64,000 bases of DNA from Lysobacteraceae bacterium (GCA_044340325.1 JBIITV010000003.1:2734-66733); one strand, 5' to 3'; positions 20,484-31,032 are shown, numbered from the stretch's first letter. The notes: generated from the letters alone by a model not told the origin. A program made the numbers and translations.

Positions 20484-23144
20484 TCACCGTTCGTCGGCCC
20501 GTAGCGCGCTGTCGCGCCTGACGGCGAGCATCGCGCTTGCCACCGCCTCGGGCATCGGCTCCGCGCGCTCGCGCCACAGCGCATCCACCAGGAGGAGCTG
20601 CTCGTCGGCATCCGCTGGCCGCTGTATCGCGATCGCGGCTTTCGCAAGCTCCAGCCGCAGTGTGCTCAGGATTTGAGCATCGGCTGCGTCCTCGGGTTCC
20701 CCGGGCGGTGCTGACAACTGCTCCACGCATTCATGGTGACGTCCCAGCGCATTGAGCGTTTCCGCCCAGGTGCGTTCGAACTTGCGGACATCGGCGTGGG
20801 CGCGCGACGACACCTTGCGTCCGATCTCCACCGCCTGCGCCAAGTGCGGTTCGGCCAGGTCAGGGCGTTTGCGCAGATCGATGTGGAACTTGGCCATCGT
20901 GTATTCGGCGTTGGCGCGGGCGGTGGAGACCGGGGGCATCTTCGCGAGCTGGATCGCATACCCCTTGCGCATCAGTGCCTCCTGCTCGCGTGGAACATCG
21001 ATCACGCCGACCGACCAGATATAGGCGCTTGCGGCTGCCAGCGATTCATTGCCGTAAAGCGTCTCGGCGGTGCGCCGCCACTGCGCGATCACCTCAATGA
21101 GGGTCGTGCGGTCGGTGCCGCGTTTCTTCAGTTCGCGCGCGATCAGTTGCAGCGCAAGGATCTGCAGCGCTGGATCGTACTTGCCGAGTGCGCTTCGATC
21201 GATGCCCTCGATGACGCGGCGCGCATCGTCGAAGTATCCGGCGCTCAGCAGCGCCTTGCCCAGCTCGATGCGCAGTTTGAGTCTGTCAGCGTCGTCGAGC
21301 TCGGTCGCGTAGCGTTGCCAGGCGTCTTGGAGCGTCCGCGCCGCGCGCAGGAACTCCGATCGCCGGGCATACAGACTCTGCTGTTGATAGGCCACCATCA
21401 CCTTCGTTTGCGGGGTCATGGCAAGCTGTCGCAACTCCGCGATCTGCGCATCCAGTCGCGCGCTGTCCTCGTTCAACACGATGTCATTGGACAAACGCAG
21501 CGACTGCATGCGCCATCGGACGTCAGGGTCGGAAGCGGCGAGGGCTTCGATCGCCGCGGCATGCGCGCGATATGTCGCGTCGCTCTCTCGCATCAGACCT
21601 ATGCCGGCATCGCTTTCCGCCAGCAGCAACGCCAATTCGGCCTGGACATCCTGCTGCCCGTCCAGCGAGTCGAGCCTGCGTTTGCCGCGTTCGATCAATT
21701 CGCGGGCCAATAGCCCGCCTTCGGACGCTTTGCCGGGATCGGCCTGTTCGAAGGTTTCGCGCATGAATGTCGCGACCGCGCGCGCGCGATCGCGATCGAT
21801 ATCCGAGCGCATCCTTGCCGCCTGCGCCGCATCGCGTTGGGTGCGCAATGCCGCCGCTTGCCAGAGCGTGACCGCCAGTGCGATCAGCACGCTGCACAGT
21901 GCGAGTGCCGCGAAGGCCACGCCGACACGATTGCGGCGCACGAATTTCCGCAACCGGTACACCATGTGGTTGCCGGAAATCGATATCGGATGCCCCGACA
22001 GCCACGCGCGCAGATCGCGCGCCAGATCGCCGACTTCCGCGTAGCGTTCGCTGGCGTCCTTGCGCAGACAGTGGGCCACGATCGCATCCAGTTCGCCGCG
22101 CAGCGCCTGCATCGCGACCGCAGGCTGTGCGGCGCCCGGCGACGGTTCGCTCGCGGCGCGTTCCCGCTGCAGGGTATCGCTCATGCGCGGCGGTACGGTG
22201 TCCAGGATCGCACGCTGCAGTTCGGCCGGGTCGCGGTGCGGCCGCGCGAACGGCAGTACGCCGCAGAGCAGTTGATGCAGCAGCGCGCCGAGCGCGTATA
22301 CATCCACCGCCACCGTGGCGCGTTCGCCGCGAAGTTGCTCGGGCGCAGCGGTCATCGGCGAGAAGATCAGGTCCTGCACGGCGGTGTGCCCGCTGTCGGC
22401 CATCGCCGCCAGCGACTTTGCGATTCCGAAGTCCAGCAGCTTGACCGCGCCGTGCGCATCGATCATGACATTGCTGTCTTTGAGGTCGCGGTGGATCACC
22501 AGATTGCGGTGCGCGTACTGCACCGCATCGCACAGCTGCAGAAACAGCGCGATCCGTTCGCGAAGACCGCTGTTGTTGCGCTCGCACCAGGCGCACAGGC
22601 TTTCGCCGGGCACGTACTCCATCGCCAGCCACGGCGTACCGTCCGCCAGCTCGCCGCCGTCGACGATGGTGCAGATGTTGGGATGCCGCAGCTGCGCAAG
22701 GATCCGGCGCTCCTGCGCGAAGCGCTCGCGGCTCTGCGCGTCGATCGCGAAGCGCGGCATGACCTTGATCGCGACCTGCTGCTCGAAATCGCTGCGGCGT
22801 TCGGCCAGATACACCACGCCCATGCCGCCGCGGCCGATCTGGCGCACGAGCCGGAACATGCCCATATCGCTGATATCGCCTACCGGATCGGACATCGCCG
22901 TCGTCACCACGCTGCGCGCGGTGTGCATCCCGTAAGCGTCGTCGATCGCCAGCAGACGTCGCAGCCGCGACGCCAGCGCGGGATGGCTGAGATCGAGTTC
23001 GCGCAATCGCTGCGTCTGTTGCTCGGGTTCGAGCTCGCACAAGGACTCGAACAGTCGCACTTCATCGATCCCGCCTTTCAACATCGCAGCGTCCGACATC
23101 GCGCCTGCCGCAGACGCGATGTCGTCGTCGATCCCTTCACGCAT
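20484..23144 (-). CDS. Hanks-type Ser/Thr protein kinase with TM helix and extracytoplasmic TPR-like region
   Basis: IGRGGMGVVY, VAIK, HRDLKDSN, DFGIAK, APEQ, then a TM segment (VGVAFAALALCSVLIALAVTLWQA) and a helical C-terminus; overlaps the ECF stop. Confidence 0.93.
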   Translation of the reverse strand: MREGIDDDIASAAGAMSDAAMLKGGIDEVRLFESLCELEPEQQTQRLRELDLSHPALASRLRRLLAIDDAYGMHTARSVVTTAMSDPVGDISDMGMFRLVRQIGRGGMGVVYLAERRSDFEQQVAIKVMPRFAIDAQSRERFAQERRILAQLRHPNICTIVDGGELADGTPWLAMEYVPGESLCAWCERNNSGLRERIALFLQLCDAVQYAHRNLVIHRDLKDSNVMIDAHGAVKLLDFGIAKSLAAMADSGHTAVQDLIFSPMTAAPEQLRGERATVAVDVYALGALLHQLLCGVLPFARPHRDPAELQRAILDTVPPRMSDTLQRERAASEPSPGAAQPAVAMQALRGELDAIVAHCLRKDASERYAEVGDLARDLRAWLSGHPISISGNHMVYRLRKFVRRNRVGVAFAALALCSVLIALAVTLWQAAALRTQRDAAQAARMRSDIDRDRARAVATFMRETFEQADPGKASEGGLLARELIERGKRRLDSLDGQQDVQAELALLLAESDAGIGLMRESDATYRAHAAAIEALAASDPDVRWRMQSLRLSNDIVLNEDSARLDAQIAELRQLAMTPQTKVMVAYQQQSLYARRSEFLRAARTLQDAWQRYATELDDADRLKLRIELGKALLSAGYFDDARRVIEGIDRSALGKYDPALQILALQLIARELKKRGTDRTTLIEVIAQWRRTAETLYGNESLAAASAYIWSVGVIDVPREQEALMRKGYAIQLAKMPPVSTARANAEYTMAKFHIDLRKRPDLAEPHLAQAVEIGRKVSSRAHADVRKFERTWAETLNALGRHHECVEQLSAPPGEPEDAADAQILSTLRLELAKAAIAIQRPADADEQLLLVDALWRERAEPMPEAVASAMLAVRRDSALRADER

Positions 23145-23709
23145 GCGAGTCCGGCTCCGCGTCGAAATGATCGATCAACCACGCCCGGGCATAGCGGTAA
23201 TGCCGGATCACGGTCGCGCGGGACAGCCCCATCGCTTCGGCGATCTGTTCGTTGGTGAGGCCGGCGAAGAATTTCAGTTCGACCACCTGCGCGGCCGCTT
23301 CGTGCTGATCGGACAGCACGGTGAGCGCCGCGTCCACCGCGATCCAGTCCACGGTATCGTCCAGCGGTGCCGCCGCTTCGTTCTCGATCTTTTCAAGCCG
23401 CTCGAACGGCAGGCCGCTGCCGCGCTTGTCCGCGCTGCGCCGGCGCAGATAGTCGACCACGATGTTGCGGACGATCCGCGCTGCCAGCGCATAGAAATGC
23501 TCGCGGTTGTTGAACCGGCCCGGAAACTCGTGCATCAGCGCGATGTAGGCGTCCTGGGCCAGGTCCGACGCCTGCAGGGTCAAACCGCTGCGGCCCTGCA
23601 ACTGATAGGCGGCCAGACGCTCAAGCTTGGGCCAGAGCGCGGCGGCCAAAGCTTCCAGCTCGGGCTTCTCCACCGATGCGCGTCGATTGATCAGATCGGT
23701 GAGATTCAT
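23137..23709 (-). CDS. ECF sigma factor of the kinase-associated type (TIGR02999/ECF43-like)
   Basis: LQASDLAQDAY (typical family pattern LQPTALVHEAY), REHFYALAARIVRNIVVDY, VVELKFFAGLTNEQIAEAMGLSRATV HTH. Confidence 0.88.
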   Translation of the reverse strand: MNLTDLINRRASVEKPELEALAAALWPKLERLAAYQLQGRSGLTLQASDLAQDAYIALMHEFPGRFNNREHFYALAARIVRNIVVDYLRRRSADKRGSGLPFERLEKIENEAAAPLDDTVDWIAVDAALTVLSDQHEAAAQVVELKFFAGLTNEQIAEAMGLSRATVIRHYRYARAWLIDHFDAEPDSHA

Positions 23710-23898
23710 AGGACTTGCCCACGCTTGCCACGGGAAAGGGGGGTGCGGTCGCCGGCCGGCCGTTGGATTGAGCGGCCATGCGACATGGAAAACGGACGAA
23801 ACATCTTCCATGCGGGTCCGCTGGCGTCTCCTGGCGCCTGCCGGCCCGCCCTGCCAGTGCCGGGTGAAGCCGGAGCGATGATATCGCGTCGGCCCGCC

Positions 23899-26094
23899 TC
23901 AGTCCGCCACGGCGCCGAGTTCCCGCAGCAGGGCCTGGGCGTGTTCCACCCGGTCGAGCTGCCACAGCAGATAGCGGATGTCGACGCTGATATTGCGCGA
24001 CACCGCCGGGTTGAAGCCGAAGTCGCCGGCCACGTTTTCCCAGACCCGGTCGAAATTGATCCCGACCAGCGCTCCGCGCCCGTCGATGACCGGGCTGCCG
24101 GAGTTGCCGCCGCTGGTGTCGCCGTCGGCGAGGAAGTTCACCGGCACATCCTCCAGCGCCGCGCTGCGCCAGCGGCCGCCCGGCTCGCGCGCTGCTTCGC
24201 GCACCGCCGCCGGGACGTCGAACGGTTCGGTGCCGGTATGTTTGTCCAGCACCCCCGTCAGCGTGGTGAACGGCGTATAGCGCACGCCGTCGCGCGGCGC
24301 ATAGCCCTGCACATGGGCGAAGCTGATGCGCAGCGTGCCGTTGGCGTCCGGGGCGATGGGCGTGCCCGCTTGCGCCGCCACTGCGCGCCGCCAGACGGGG
24401 CGATGGAGCGCGCTGCGGGCGTTCCAGCCGCGTTCGCGTTCGCGCAGTGCGCGCAGGTCGGCGCTCCAGGCGATGCCGAAGTCCAGCAGCGGATCTCCGC
24501 GCGCAGTGAGCGCATCCGGACTGTCGCCCAGCATCGCGCCGCGCGCATCCGCGTCGAGCAGCGGCGTCGCCGCATACATGTCGGCGATGGCGCGATCGAT
24601 CTGTTCGCTCGACATACCGCCGAAACGCGCATCGACCGACGCGATGCGCTGGCCCTGCGGCAGCGCCAGCGCGCGCCGCACCAGCGCCGCGAAGATGCGC
24701 TGATCGGCAGCGGCGAAGTAGTGGCTTTGTTCGCGGCGCACACGTTCGCGCAGCTTCGCCCGATCGGCATCGGTGAAGCCCGCCGCACGCGTCGCATCGG
24801 GCTTCGCGCGCTCGTGCGCGTTCTGCGCGAGCGTGGCGCCGTAATACAGGCCCTTGGGCAGCGGCGGAATGCCCCCGGCAACGGTTTCCACGCCGAGCGG
24901 ACTCAGATTCAGCAGAAAATCGCGCTCCCAGGTGCGCTCGCGTTCGGCCAGTACGTTCTGCAGGCCCGCATGCGCGTCCACCGCATCGCGATGCGCATCG
25001 TCTGCGGCGGCCCAGGCCAGCACCGCCGCGTCGCGTACGCGCTGAGTGTCCACCATGCGGCCGCGATCCAATCCGGCGATCTGGCCCTGCGCGTTCTTGT
25101 AGCGGTTGTGGATGCTCTTGAGATTCGCGGCGACCGCGATCCGGCCCTGCGCATCGTCGGCGCTGCTCTTTTCAAGGTGCGCGATCCATTCGCCGAACAC
25201 GTCCTCGCGGCGCACGAAGAAGCGCTCGCGGCGTTCGCGCATTTCCTCGGCGATCAGCGCGCGGTAGGTGATGCCCGGATAGCCCAGCACCATCACGAAA
25301 TCGCCTTCGTCCAGTCCGCGCGTGGACAGCGGGAAAAAGAACTCGGGCGTGTACGGCCGATTGGTTTCTGCGCGGTCGGCCGGACGGCCATCGCTGCCCA
25401 CCCAGGCGCGGGCGATGGCGAAATCGCCGGTATGGCGCGGCCACGACCAGTTATCGGTCTCGCCGCCGTATTCGCCGATCGCCCGCGGCGGCGCATAGAC
25501 CAGGCGGATGTCGCGCAGCTCGATCGATTCGATCAGCGTGTAACTCACGCCGTCGTCGAACGCGGAGACTTTGCATTTGGTGTCGGGCTGCTGCTGGCAA
25601 GTGCCCACCAGCGCTTTCTGCGCCGCATCGATCGCCTGCAGTCGCGCCAGCGGATCGGCACCGTCCGGCACTGCGGCCAGCATCTTCGCGGTGACATCGG
25701 TGAAGCGTTTCGGGATCTCCACCCGGATCGTGCTGCCCGGCAACTCTTCGGCCTGCGTGCGCGCCAGGAATCCCGTCGTGATGAGGTCGCGCTGCGGCGT
25801 GCTGTGTTCCTGCACCAGCCCGAACAGGCAGTGATGGTTGGTCACGATCAGCCCGGTGGCGGAGACGAATGCGCCGGAGCAGCCGGCGACGTTGACCGTG
25901 CCGGTCAGCAGGCCGGTGCCGCGCTTGCCGTCCCACAGCGCTGCCGGCGGCAGCTTCAGCCCCTGCCGCTTCAACCATTTCGGATCGATATCGAGCACCT
26001 GCTGCGGCGTCCATTTGCCGTCGAGGGCGAGGGCCGGGAAGGCGGCCGGGGCGGCGACGAGGAGGGTGCAGAGGGCGAGGAGTGTCTTGTTCAT
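23899..26094 (-). CDS. S46 family dipeptidyl peptidase (DPP7/DPP11-like), secreted
   Basis: DGKWTP N-terminus, TNHHC, NWSWPRHTGDF, DTSGGNSGSP catalytic Ser motif. Confidence 0.93.
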   Translation of the reverse strand: MNKTLLALCTLLVAAPAAFPALALDGKWTPQQVLDIDPKWLKRQGLKLPPAALWDGKRGTGLLTGTVNVAGCSGAFVSATGLIVTNHHCLFGLVQEHSTPQRDLITTGFLARTQAEELPGSTIRVEIPKRFTDVTAKMLAAVPDGADPLARLQAIDAAQKALVGTCQQQPDTKCKVSAFDDGVSYTLIESIELRDIRLVYAPPRAIGEYGGETDNWSWPRHTGDFAIARAWVGSDGRPADRAETNRPYTPEFFFPLSTRGLDEGDFVMVLGYPGITYRALIAEEMRERRERFFVRREDVFGEWIAHLEKSSADDAQGRIAVAANLKSIHNRYKNAQGQIAGLDRGRMVDTQRVRDAAVLAWAAADDAHRDAVDAHAGLQNVLAERERTWERDFLLNLSPLGVETVAGGIPPLPKGLYYGATLAQNAHERAKPDATRAAGFTDADRAKLRERVRREQSHYFAAADQRIFAALVRRALALPQGQRIASVDARFGGMSSEQIDRAIADMYAATPLLDADARGAMLGDSPDALTARGDPLLDFGIAWSADLRALRERERGWNARSALHRPVWRRAVAAQAGTPIAPDANGTLRISFAHVQGYAPRDGVRYTPFTTLTGVLDKHTGTEPFDVPAAVREAAREPGGRWRSAALEDVPVNFLADGDTSGGNSGSPVIDGRGALVGINFDRVWENVAGDFGFNPAVSRNISVDIRYLLWQLDRVEHAQALLRELGAVAD

Positions 26095-26382
26095 GTCCCG
26101 GAGTTTAAGACACGGCCGAATACCCGGGTGCGGTCCGGCGGTCGTCTCCGCCCGGCACCGCATCTCCGCATTTGAGGCTGATGCTTTCATGCGCATGGAG
26201 GTACAGACCACTGCTGAAAGCGTTCGTATTGCCCGCTGCCGCAGCGCGCCGCAATGCGCAATGCACGGCCGTCCGCGTCGAACCGTGTCGTTTCATCGTG
26301 AATCTGTATGACGCCGAACCGCATTCCCCCGTCGCCATGGGCGACGGAATGCGCCGCCGCAGCCCGTGTTAACACTGCGCCG

Positions 26383-27291
26383 ATGCATACCCCCAAATCG
26401 CCATTCCAGAATCGATTGTTGGCCGCGCTGCCGGACGATGCCCGGCAGCGGATCGTACCGGCTCTGGAATACGTACCGCTGCCGCTGGGTCGTGTGCTGT
26501 ACGAGTCGGGCGATGTGCTCAAGCATGTGTATTTCCCGACCGATGCGATCGTCTCGCTGCTGTACGTCATGGAGAACGGTGCTTCCGCGGAAATTTCCGT
26601 CGTCGGCAACGAAGGGCTGGTCGGGATCGCCCTGCTGACGGGCGGCGACAGCACGACGAGCCGCGCACTCGTACAGAGCGGCGGATTCGCGTACCGGCTG
26701 CCGGCACAGCAGATCAAGGACGAGTTCGCGCGCCATGGCGATCTGCAGCGGTTGGCGCTGCGCTATATCCAGTGCCTGATGACGCAGATGGCGCAGACCG
26801 CCGCCTGCAACCGGCATCACTCGATCGACCAGCAGCTGTGCCGCTGGCTGCTGCTGTCGCTGGACCGGCTGCCGGACAATCAATTGACCATGACCCAGGG
26901 GTTGATCGCCAACATGCTGGGCGTGCGCCGCGAAGGCGTGACCGAAGCGGCCGGACGATTGATGAAATTGAAAGCGATCGAGTACAGCCGGGGTCGTATC
27001 ACCGTACTCGACCGGCCGCTGGTGGAGCGGCTCAGCTGCGAGTGCTATGCCGTTGTCCGCAGGGAAACCGACCGCATCCTGCCGCCGATGCCGACGGACG
27101 CTGCGCATGAGGGTGTCCCGAACAATGCGCCGAACAATGCGCCGAACAATGCACATAACATCGCGACGCGGAACCGGATCCGCGCCTGCGCTCAGCGCGC
27201 GGCACCCACCCGCCAGATCGCGTTGCCGACGTCGTCGGCGACCAGCAGTGCGCCTTTGCGATCCAGCGTTACGCCCACGGGCCGTCCGTAG
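26383..27291 (+). CDS. Crp/Fnr family transcriptional regulator with extended low-complexity tail
   Basis: [18 protein letters not shown] cNMP-like domain, [30 protein letters not shown]. Confidence 0.92.
   Translation: MHTPKSPFQNRLLAALPDDARQRIVPALEYVPLPLGRVLYESGDVLKHVYFPTDAIVSLLYVMENGASAEISVVGNEGLVGIALLTGGDSTTSRALVQSGGFAYRLPAQQIKDEFARHGDLQRLALRYIQCLMTQMAQTAACNRHHSIDQQLCRWLLLSLDRLPDNQLTMTQGLIANMLGVRREGVTEAAGRLMKLKAIEYSRGRITVLDRPLVERLSCECYAVVRRETDRILPPMPTDAAHEGVPNNAPNNAPNNAHNIATRNRIRACAQRAAPTRQIALPTSSATSSAPLRSSVTPTGRP
27118..27153. repeat. 12-bp tandem repeat x3 (CCGAACAATGCG) encoding PNNA
   Basis: Read directly at 27118-27153. Confidence 0.9.
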
Positions 27292-28541
27292 GCCTGGCCT
27301 TTGGCGTTGACGAAGCCCGTGAGCACATCGATGGGCGCACCGGCCGGCACGCCGCGATCGAAGGGTACGAAGATCACCCTGTAGCCGCTCAGTACTTTGC
27401 GGTTCCATGAGCCGTGTTGGCCGATGAACATGCCGTGCGCGAAGCGCGCAGGCAGGGTGGTGCCGACGGAAGACGCCAGACCCAGCGACGCCGTATGCGC
27501 ACCCAGCGCGTAGTCCGGCACGATCGCGCCTGCGACCAGATCCGGACGCTGCGGCTGCATCCGCACGTCGATGTGCTGGCCGTAGTAGCTGTACGGCCAG
27601 CCGTAGAAACCGCCCTCGCGCACCGAGGTCATGTAATCGGGCACCAGATCGTCGCCGATCTCGTCGCGCTCGTTCACGACTGTTCACAGCAGGCCGGTGT
27701 CTTCGGCCCATGCCAGACCGTTGGGATTGCGCAGCCCGGACGCGAACACGCGGTGCGCACCGCTGGCGGCATCCACCTCCCAGATCGCTGCGCGCTCGGC
27801 TTCGACCATCATCCCGCGTTCGCCGACGTTGCTGTTCGAGCCCACGGTGACGTAGAGCGTACGGCCGTCGGCGCTGGCGATCAGATTCTTGGTCCAATGA
27901 TGATTGATCGGCCCGGCGGGCAATGCGGCGACCACCACGCCGGCGGCGGCGATGTGCAGATCGCCGGAGGCATAGGGAAACAGCAGCACGGCATCGGAGG
28001 CGGCGACGTACAACCTGTCGTCCACCAGCGCCATGCCGAACGGCGAATTCAGTCCGGCGATCAGCACCGAGCGCAGATCCGCGGCGCCATCACCATCGGT
28101 GTCGCGCAGCAGCGTGATGCGATTGGCGCTGGGCGCGGCTGCGCCAGCGCGTTTCATCGCCAGACCCATGAACCATCCGCGCAGGCCGTTGCCATCCTCG
28201 GGTTTGGGCGGCGCATTGGTTTCCGCAACCAACACATCGCCGTTCGGCAGCACATATAGCCAGCGGGGGTGATCCAGCCCGCTGGCGAATGCATTGACTT
28301 GCAGGCCTTGCGCCGCAGTTGGCGCAAGTCCGGGGGGCCAGCCCACGGCAGGCGCGATGTTGACGACCGGAAGCCATTGCTTTTTCGGCGTCGGGAGCGT
28401 CGGCTGCGGACCGATGCTGTCCGCAGGCGAGCCGGTTGCGCTTTCACCGGCGCAGGCTGCGGTCGACACTGCGACAAACAGGCACAGCGCGGCCGAGCGC
28501 AGCGAGAGACGCAGGTCGATGTCGAAACGCGCGCTGTTCAT
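27192..28541 (-). pseudogene. Glucose/sorbosone dehydrogenase family gene interrupted by one in-frame TGA
   Basis: ORFs 27684-28559 and 27192-27677 are in the same frame. The junction reads [23 protein letters not shown], where this family normally has Trp (LWTVVNERD). Confidence 0.88.
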
Positions 28542-28545
28542 GGCG

Positions 28546-29928
28546 TCACTTCGGCGCATCGATCTGCGCCGTCCGCACCAGTTTCTTGTTCACGAATTCA
28601 TGGATCCCCATGCGTCCCAGCTCGCGCCCGTAGCCGGAGAGCTTGATGCCACCGAACGGCAGGTCGGCATCGGCCCAGTCGAGGTTGTTGATGAACATCA
28701 TCCCGGTGTCGACCGCGCTCGCCACGCGCTTGCCGCGCGCCGTATCCTGCGTCCATACCGAGCCGCCCAGACCAAGGTCGGAATCGTTCGCCAATGCGAT
28801 CGCCTCGTCTTCATCCTTCACCCGGTAAAAACACACCACCGGGCCGAAAAACTCGTTGCGATAGGCAGGGTTGTCGGGTGCGATGTCGGTCAGGATCGTG
28901 GTCTGCATGAACGCGCCGGGCCCATCGATGCGCTGGCCGCCCATCAGCAGGCGCGCGCCGTGCGCTACGGCTTCATCCACCTGCGCCAGCAGCTGTTCCA
29001 GCGCGGCTTCGGTGGACAGCGGGCCGTGGGTGGTGGTCGCATCCATCGGATCGCCGGTCTTCAATGCTTCCAGTGCGGTTTTGAACGTCTCGAGAAAAAC
29101 ATCCGCGACCGCATCCAGCACGATGAAGCGCTTGGCCGCGCAGCAGGTCTGGCCGGCGTTGTACATCCGGCCCCACACCGCCCAGGGAACGGTGTGGTCC
29201 AGGTCGGCGTCTTCCAGCACGATGAAGGCATCGCTGCCGCCCAGCTCCATCGACGACTTCTTCAGGTTCTGCCCGGCGCGGGCGGCGATCGCACGGCCCG
29301 CCGACGCGCTGCCGGTCAAGGCCACGCCGCGCACGCGCGGATCGTCGATGACGCGGTCCGACTGTTCGTAGGAAATGAAGAGATTGGTGTAGGCGCCTTC
29401 CGGCGCGCCCGCATCGCGCAGAAGTTTTTCGAAGGCGATCGCGCACTGCGGTACGCAGCCGGCATGTTTGACCACCAGCACGTTGCCGGCCATCAGCTGC
29501 GGTCCGGCGACCCGCGCCAGCTGGTAATACGGGAAGTTCCAGGGCTCGACGCAGAACAGTACGCCAAGCGGGCTGTATTCCATATGCGCGTCGCCGACCT
29601 TGGGCTGCAGCGGCGTCGGCGCGAGGAACGCCTCGGCACGCGCGGCGTAGTAAGCGAGGATATCGGCGCTGAACAGCACTTCGCCGCGCGCTTCGTCGAT
29701 GCGCTTGCCCATTTCCTGCGTCGCCAGCGTCGCGAAGGCGTCGACCTGCGCGCGCAGCAGCGCGGCGGCCCTGTTCAACACGGCCGCGCGTTCGGCATAG
29801 GATGTGGTCTTCCAACGCTGCCAGCAGCCATCGGCAGTGGCGAGCGCGCCCCCCAGTGCTTCATCGCTGATCAGCGGAAAACTCTGCAGCAAGATGCCGT
29901 CGTTCGGGTTGATGCTCTGGTAGCTCAT
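28546..29928 (-). CDS. NAD-dependent succinate-semialdehyde dehydrogenase-like aldehyde dehydrogenase
   Basis: PWNFP, LTGS, MELGGSD, NAGQTCC, EFFGP motifs. Confidence 0.92.
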   Translation of the reverse strand: MSYQSINPNDGILLQSFPLISDEALGGALATADGCWQRWKTTSYAERAAVLNRAAALLRAQVDAFATLATQEMGKRIDEARGEVLFSADILAYYAARAEAFLAPTPLQPKVGDAHMEYSPLGVLFCVEPWNFPYYQLARVAGPQLMAGNVLVVKHAGCVPQCAIAFEKLLRDAGAPEGAYTNLFISYEQSDRVIDDPRVRGVALTGSASAGRAIAARAGQNLKKSSMELGGSDAFIVLEDADLDHTVPWAVWGRMYNAGQTCCAAKRFIVLDAVADVFLETFKTALEALKTGDPMDATTTHGPLSTEAALEQLLAQVDEAVAHGARLLMGGQRIDGPGAFMQTTILTDIAPDNPAYRNEFFGPVVCFYRVKDEDEAIALANDSDLGLGGSVWTQDTARGKRVASAVDTGMMFINNLDWADADLPFGGIKLSGYGRELGRMGIHEFVNKKLVRTAQIDAPK

Positions 29929-29994
29929 GCGGATGTTCTCAGTGTGCGATCGTGAAACGGAGTGGAAAACTGGAATCGACATCGCATGCTGGCA

Positions 29995-31032
29995 TCAGGC
30001 TTCGATAATCACTTTCAGCGCGTGGGTCGTCGCCGCGTTCGCGAAGGTCTCGTAGGCGTCGAGGATCTGGTCGAACTTGAAGCGGTGGGTGATCAAAGGC
30101 TTGGGATCCAGCGTGTGCGCGCACAGGGTCTTCAGCAGCATCGGCGTGCTGACGGTGTCGACCAGGCGCGTGGTGATGGTGATGTTGCGGTCCCAGAGTT
30201 TTTCGAGATGCAGATCGACCTTGGTGCCGTGCACGCCGATGTTGGCGATATGTCCGCCTGCGGCGACGATCTGCTGGCACAGCTCGAACGTGGCGGCGAC
30301 GCCCACCGCTTCGATGGCGGTGTCCACGCCGCGGCCCCCGGTGAGTGCCATCACCGCTTCGGCGGCTTGGCCATCGCTGCTGTTGACGGTGGCGGTGGCG
30401 CCGAACGTCTTGGCGACGGCGAGGCGACCGTCGTCGAGGTCGATCATGATGATCTCGGCGGGCGAATAGAATTTCGCAGTAAGCAGCGCCGCCAGACCGA
30501 TCGGCCCGGAACCGACGATGGCGACGGTGCCGCCGGGCTGTACGCGGCCGTTGAGCACGCCGCATTCCAGGCCGGTCGGCAGGATGTCGCTCAGCATCAC
30601 CAGCGCTTCCTCGTCGGCGCCGGCGGGAATCGCGTACAGGCTCATGTCGGCGTGCGGAATGCGCACGTATTCGGCCTGGGTGCCGTCGATGGTGTTGCCC
30701 AGAATCCAGCCGCCGGTTTCGCAGTGCGAATACATCTGCCGGCGGCAGTAGGCGCATTTCCCGCAGGCGCTGACGCAGGAGATCAGCACCGCGTCGCCGG
30801 CCTTGAACGCGGTGACGGCAGGTCCGACCGCATCGACCACGCCTACGCCTTCATGGCCGAGGATCCGGCCGGGTTGGCAGCTCGGCACGTCGCCTTTGAG
30901 AATATGCAGATCGGTACCGCAGATGGTCGTGCGGGTCACTCTGACGATCGCATCGGTCGGCGCGTCGATCGTCGGCTTGGGGCGATCCTCCACCGCTTTT
31001 TCGTGCGGGCCGAGATAAACGAGTGCTTTCAT
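29995..31032 (-). CDS. Zinc-dependent alcohol dehydrogenase (MDR family)
   Basis: ICGTDLH, GHEGVG, CGKCAYC...C structural Zn, GSGPIG. Confidence 0.93.
   Translation of the reverse strand: MKALVYLGPHEKAVEDRPKPTIDAPTDAIVRVTRTTICGTDLHILKGDVPSCQPGRILGHEGVGVVDAVGPAVTAFKAGDAVLISCVSACGKCAYCRRQMYSHCETGGWILGNTIDGTQAEYVRIPHADMSLYAIPAGADEEALVMLSDILPTGLECGVLNGRVQPGGTVAIVGSGPIGLAALLTAKFYSPAEIIMIDLDDGRLAVAKTFGATATVNSSDGQAAEAVMALTGGRGVDTAIEAVGVAATFELCQQIVAAGGHIANIGVHGTKVDLHLEKLWDRNITITTRLVDTVSTPMLLKTLCAHTLDPKPLITHRFKFDQILDAYETFANAATTHALKVIIEA

Noticed and set aside
23119-26175. 1018-aa plus-strand ORF
   Set aside because: Antisense to the well-supported ECF and S46 genes; no recognisable domain.
26366-26375. 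GTGTTAACAC palindrome before the Crp/Fnr gene
   Set aside because: A single 10-bp palindrome that matches neither the Crp nor the Fnr spacing; could be chance.
27684-27686. Selenocysteine or genetic code 4/25 recoding of the TGA
   Set aside because: The position corresponds to Trp, not Cys; I saw no SECIS-like hairpin; many neighbouring genes clearly terminate at TGA.
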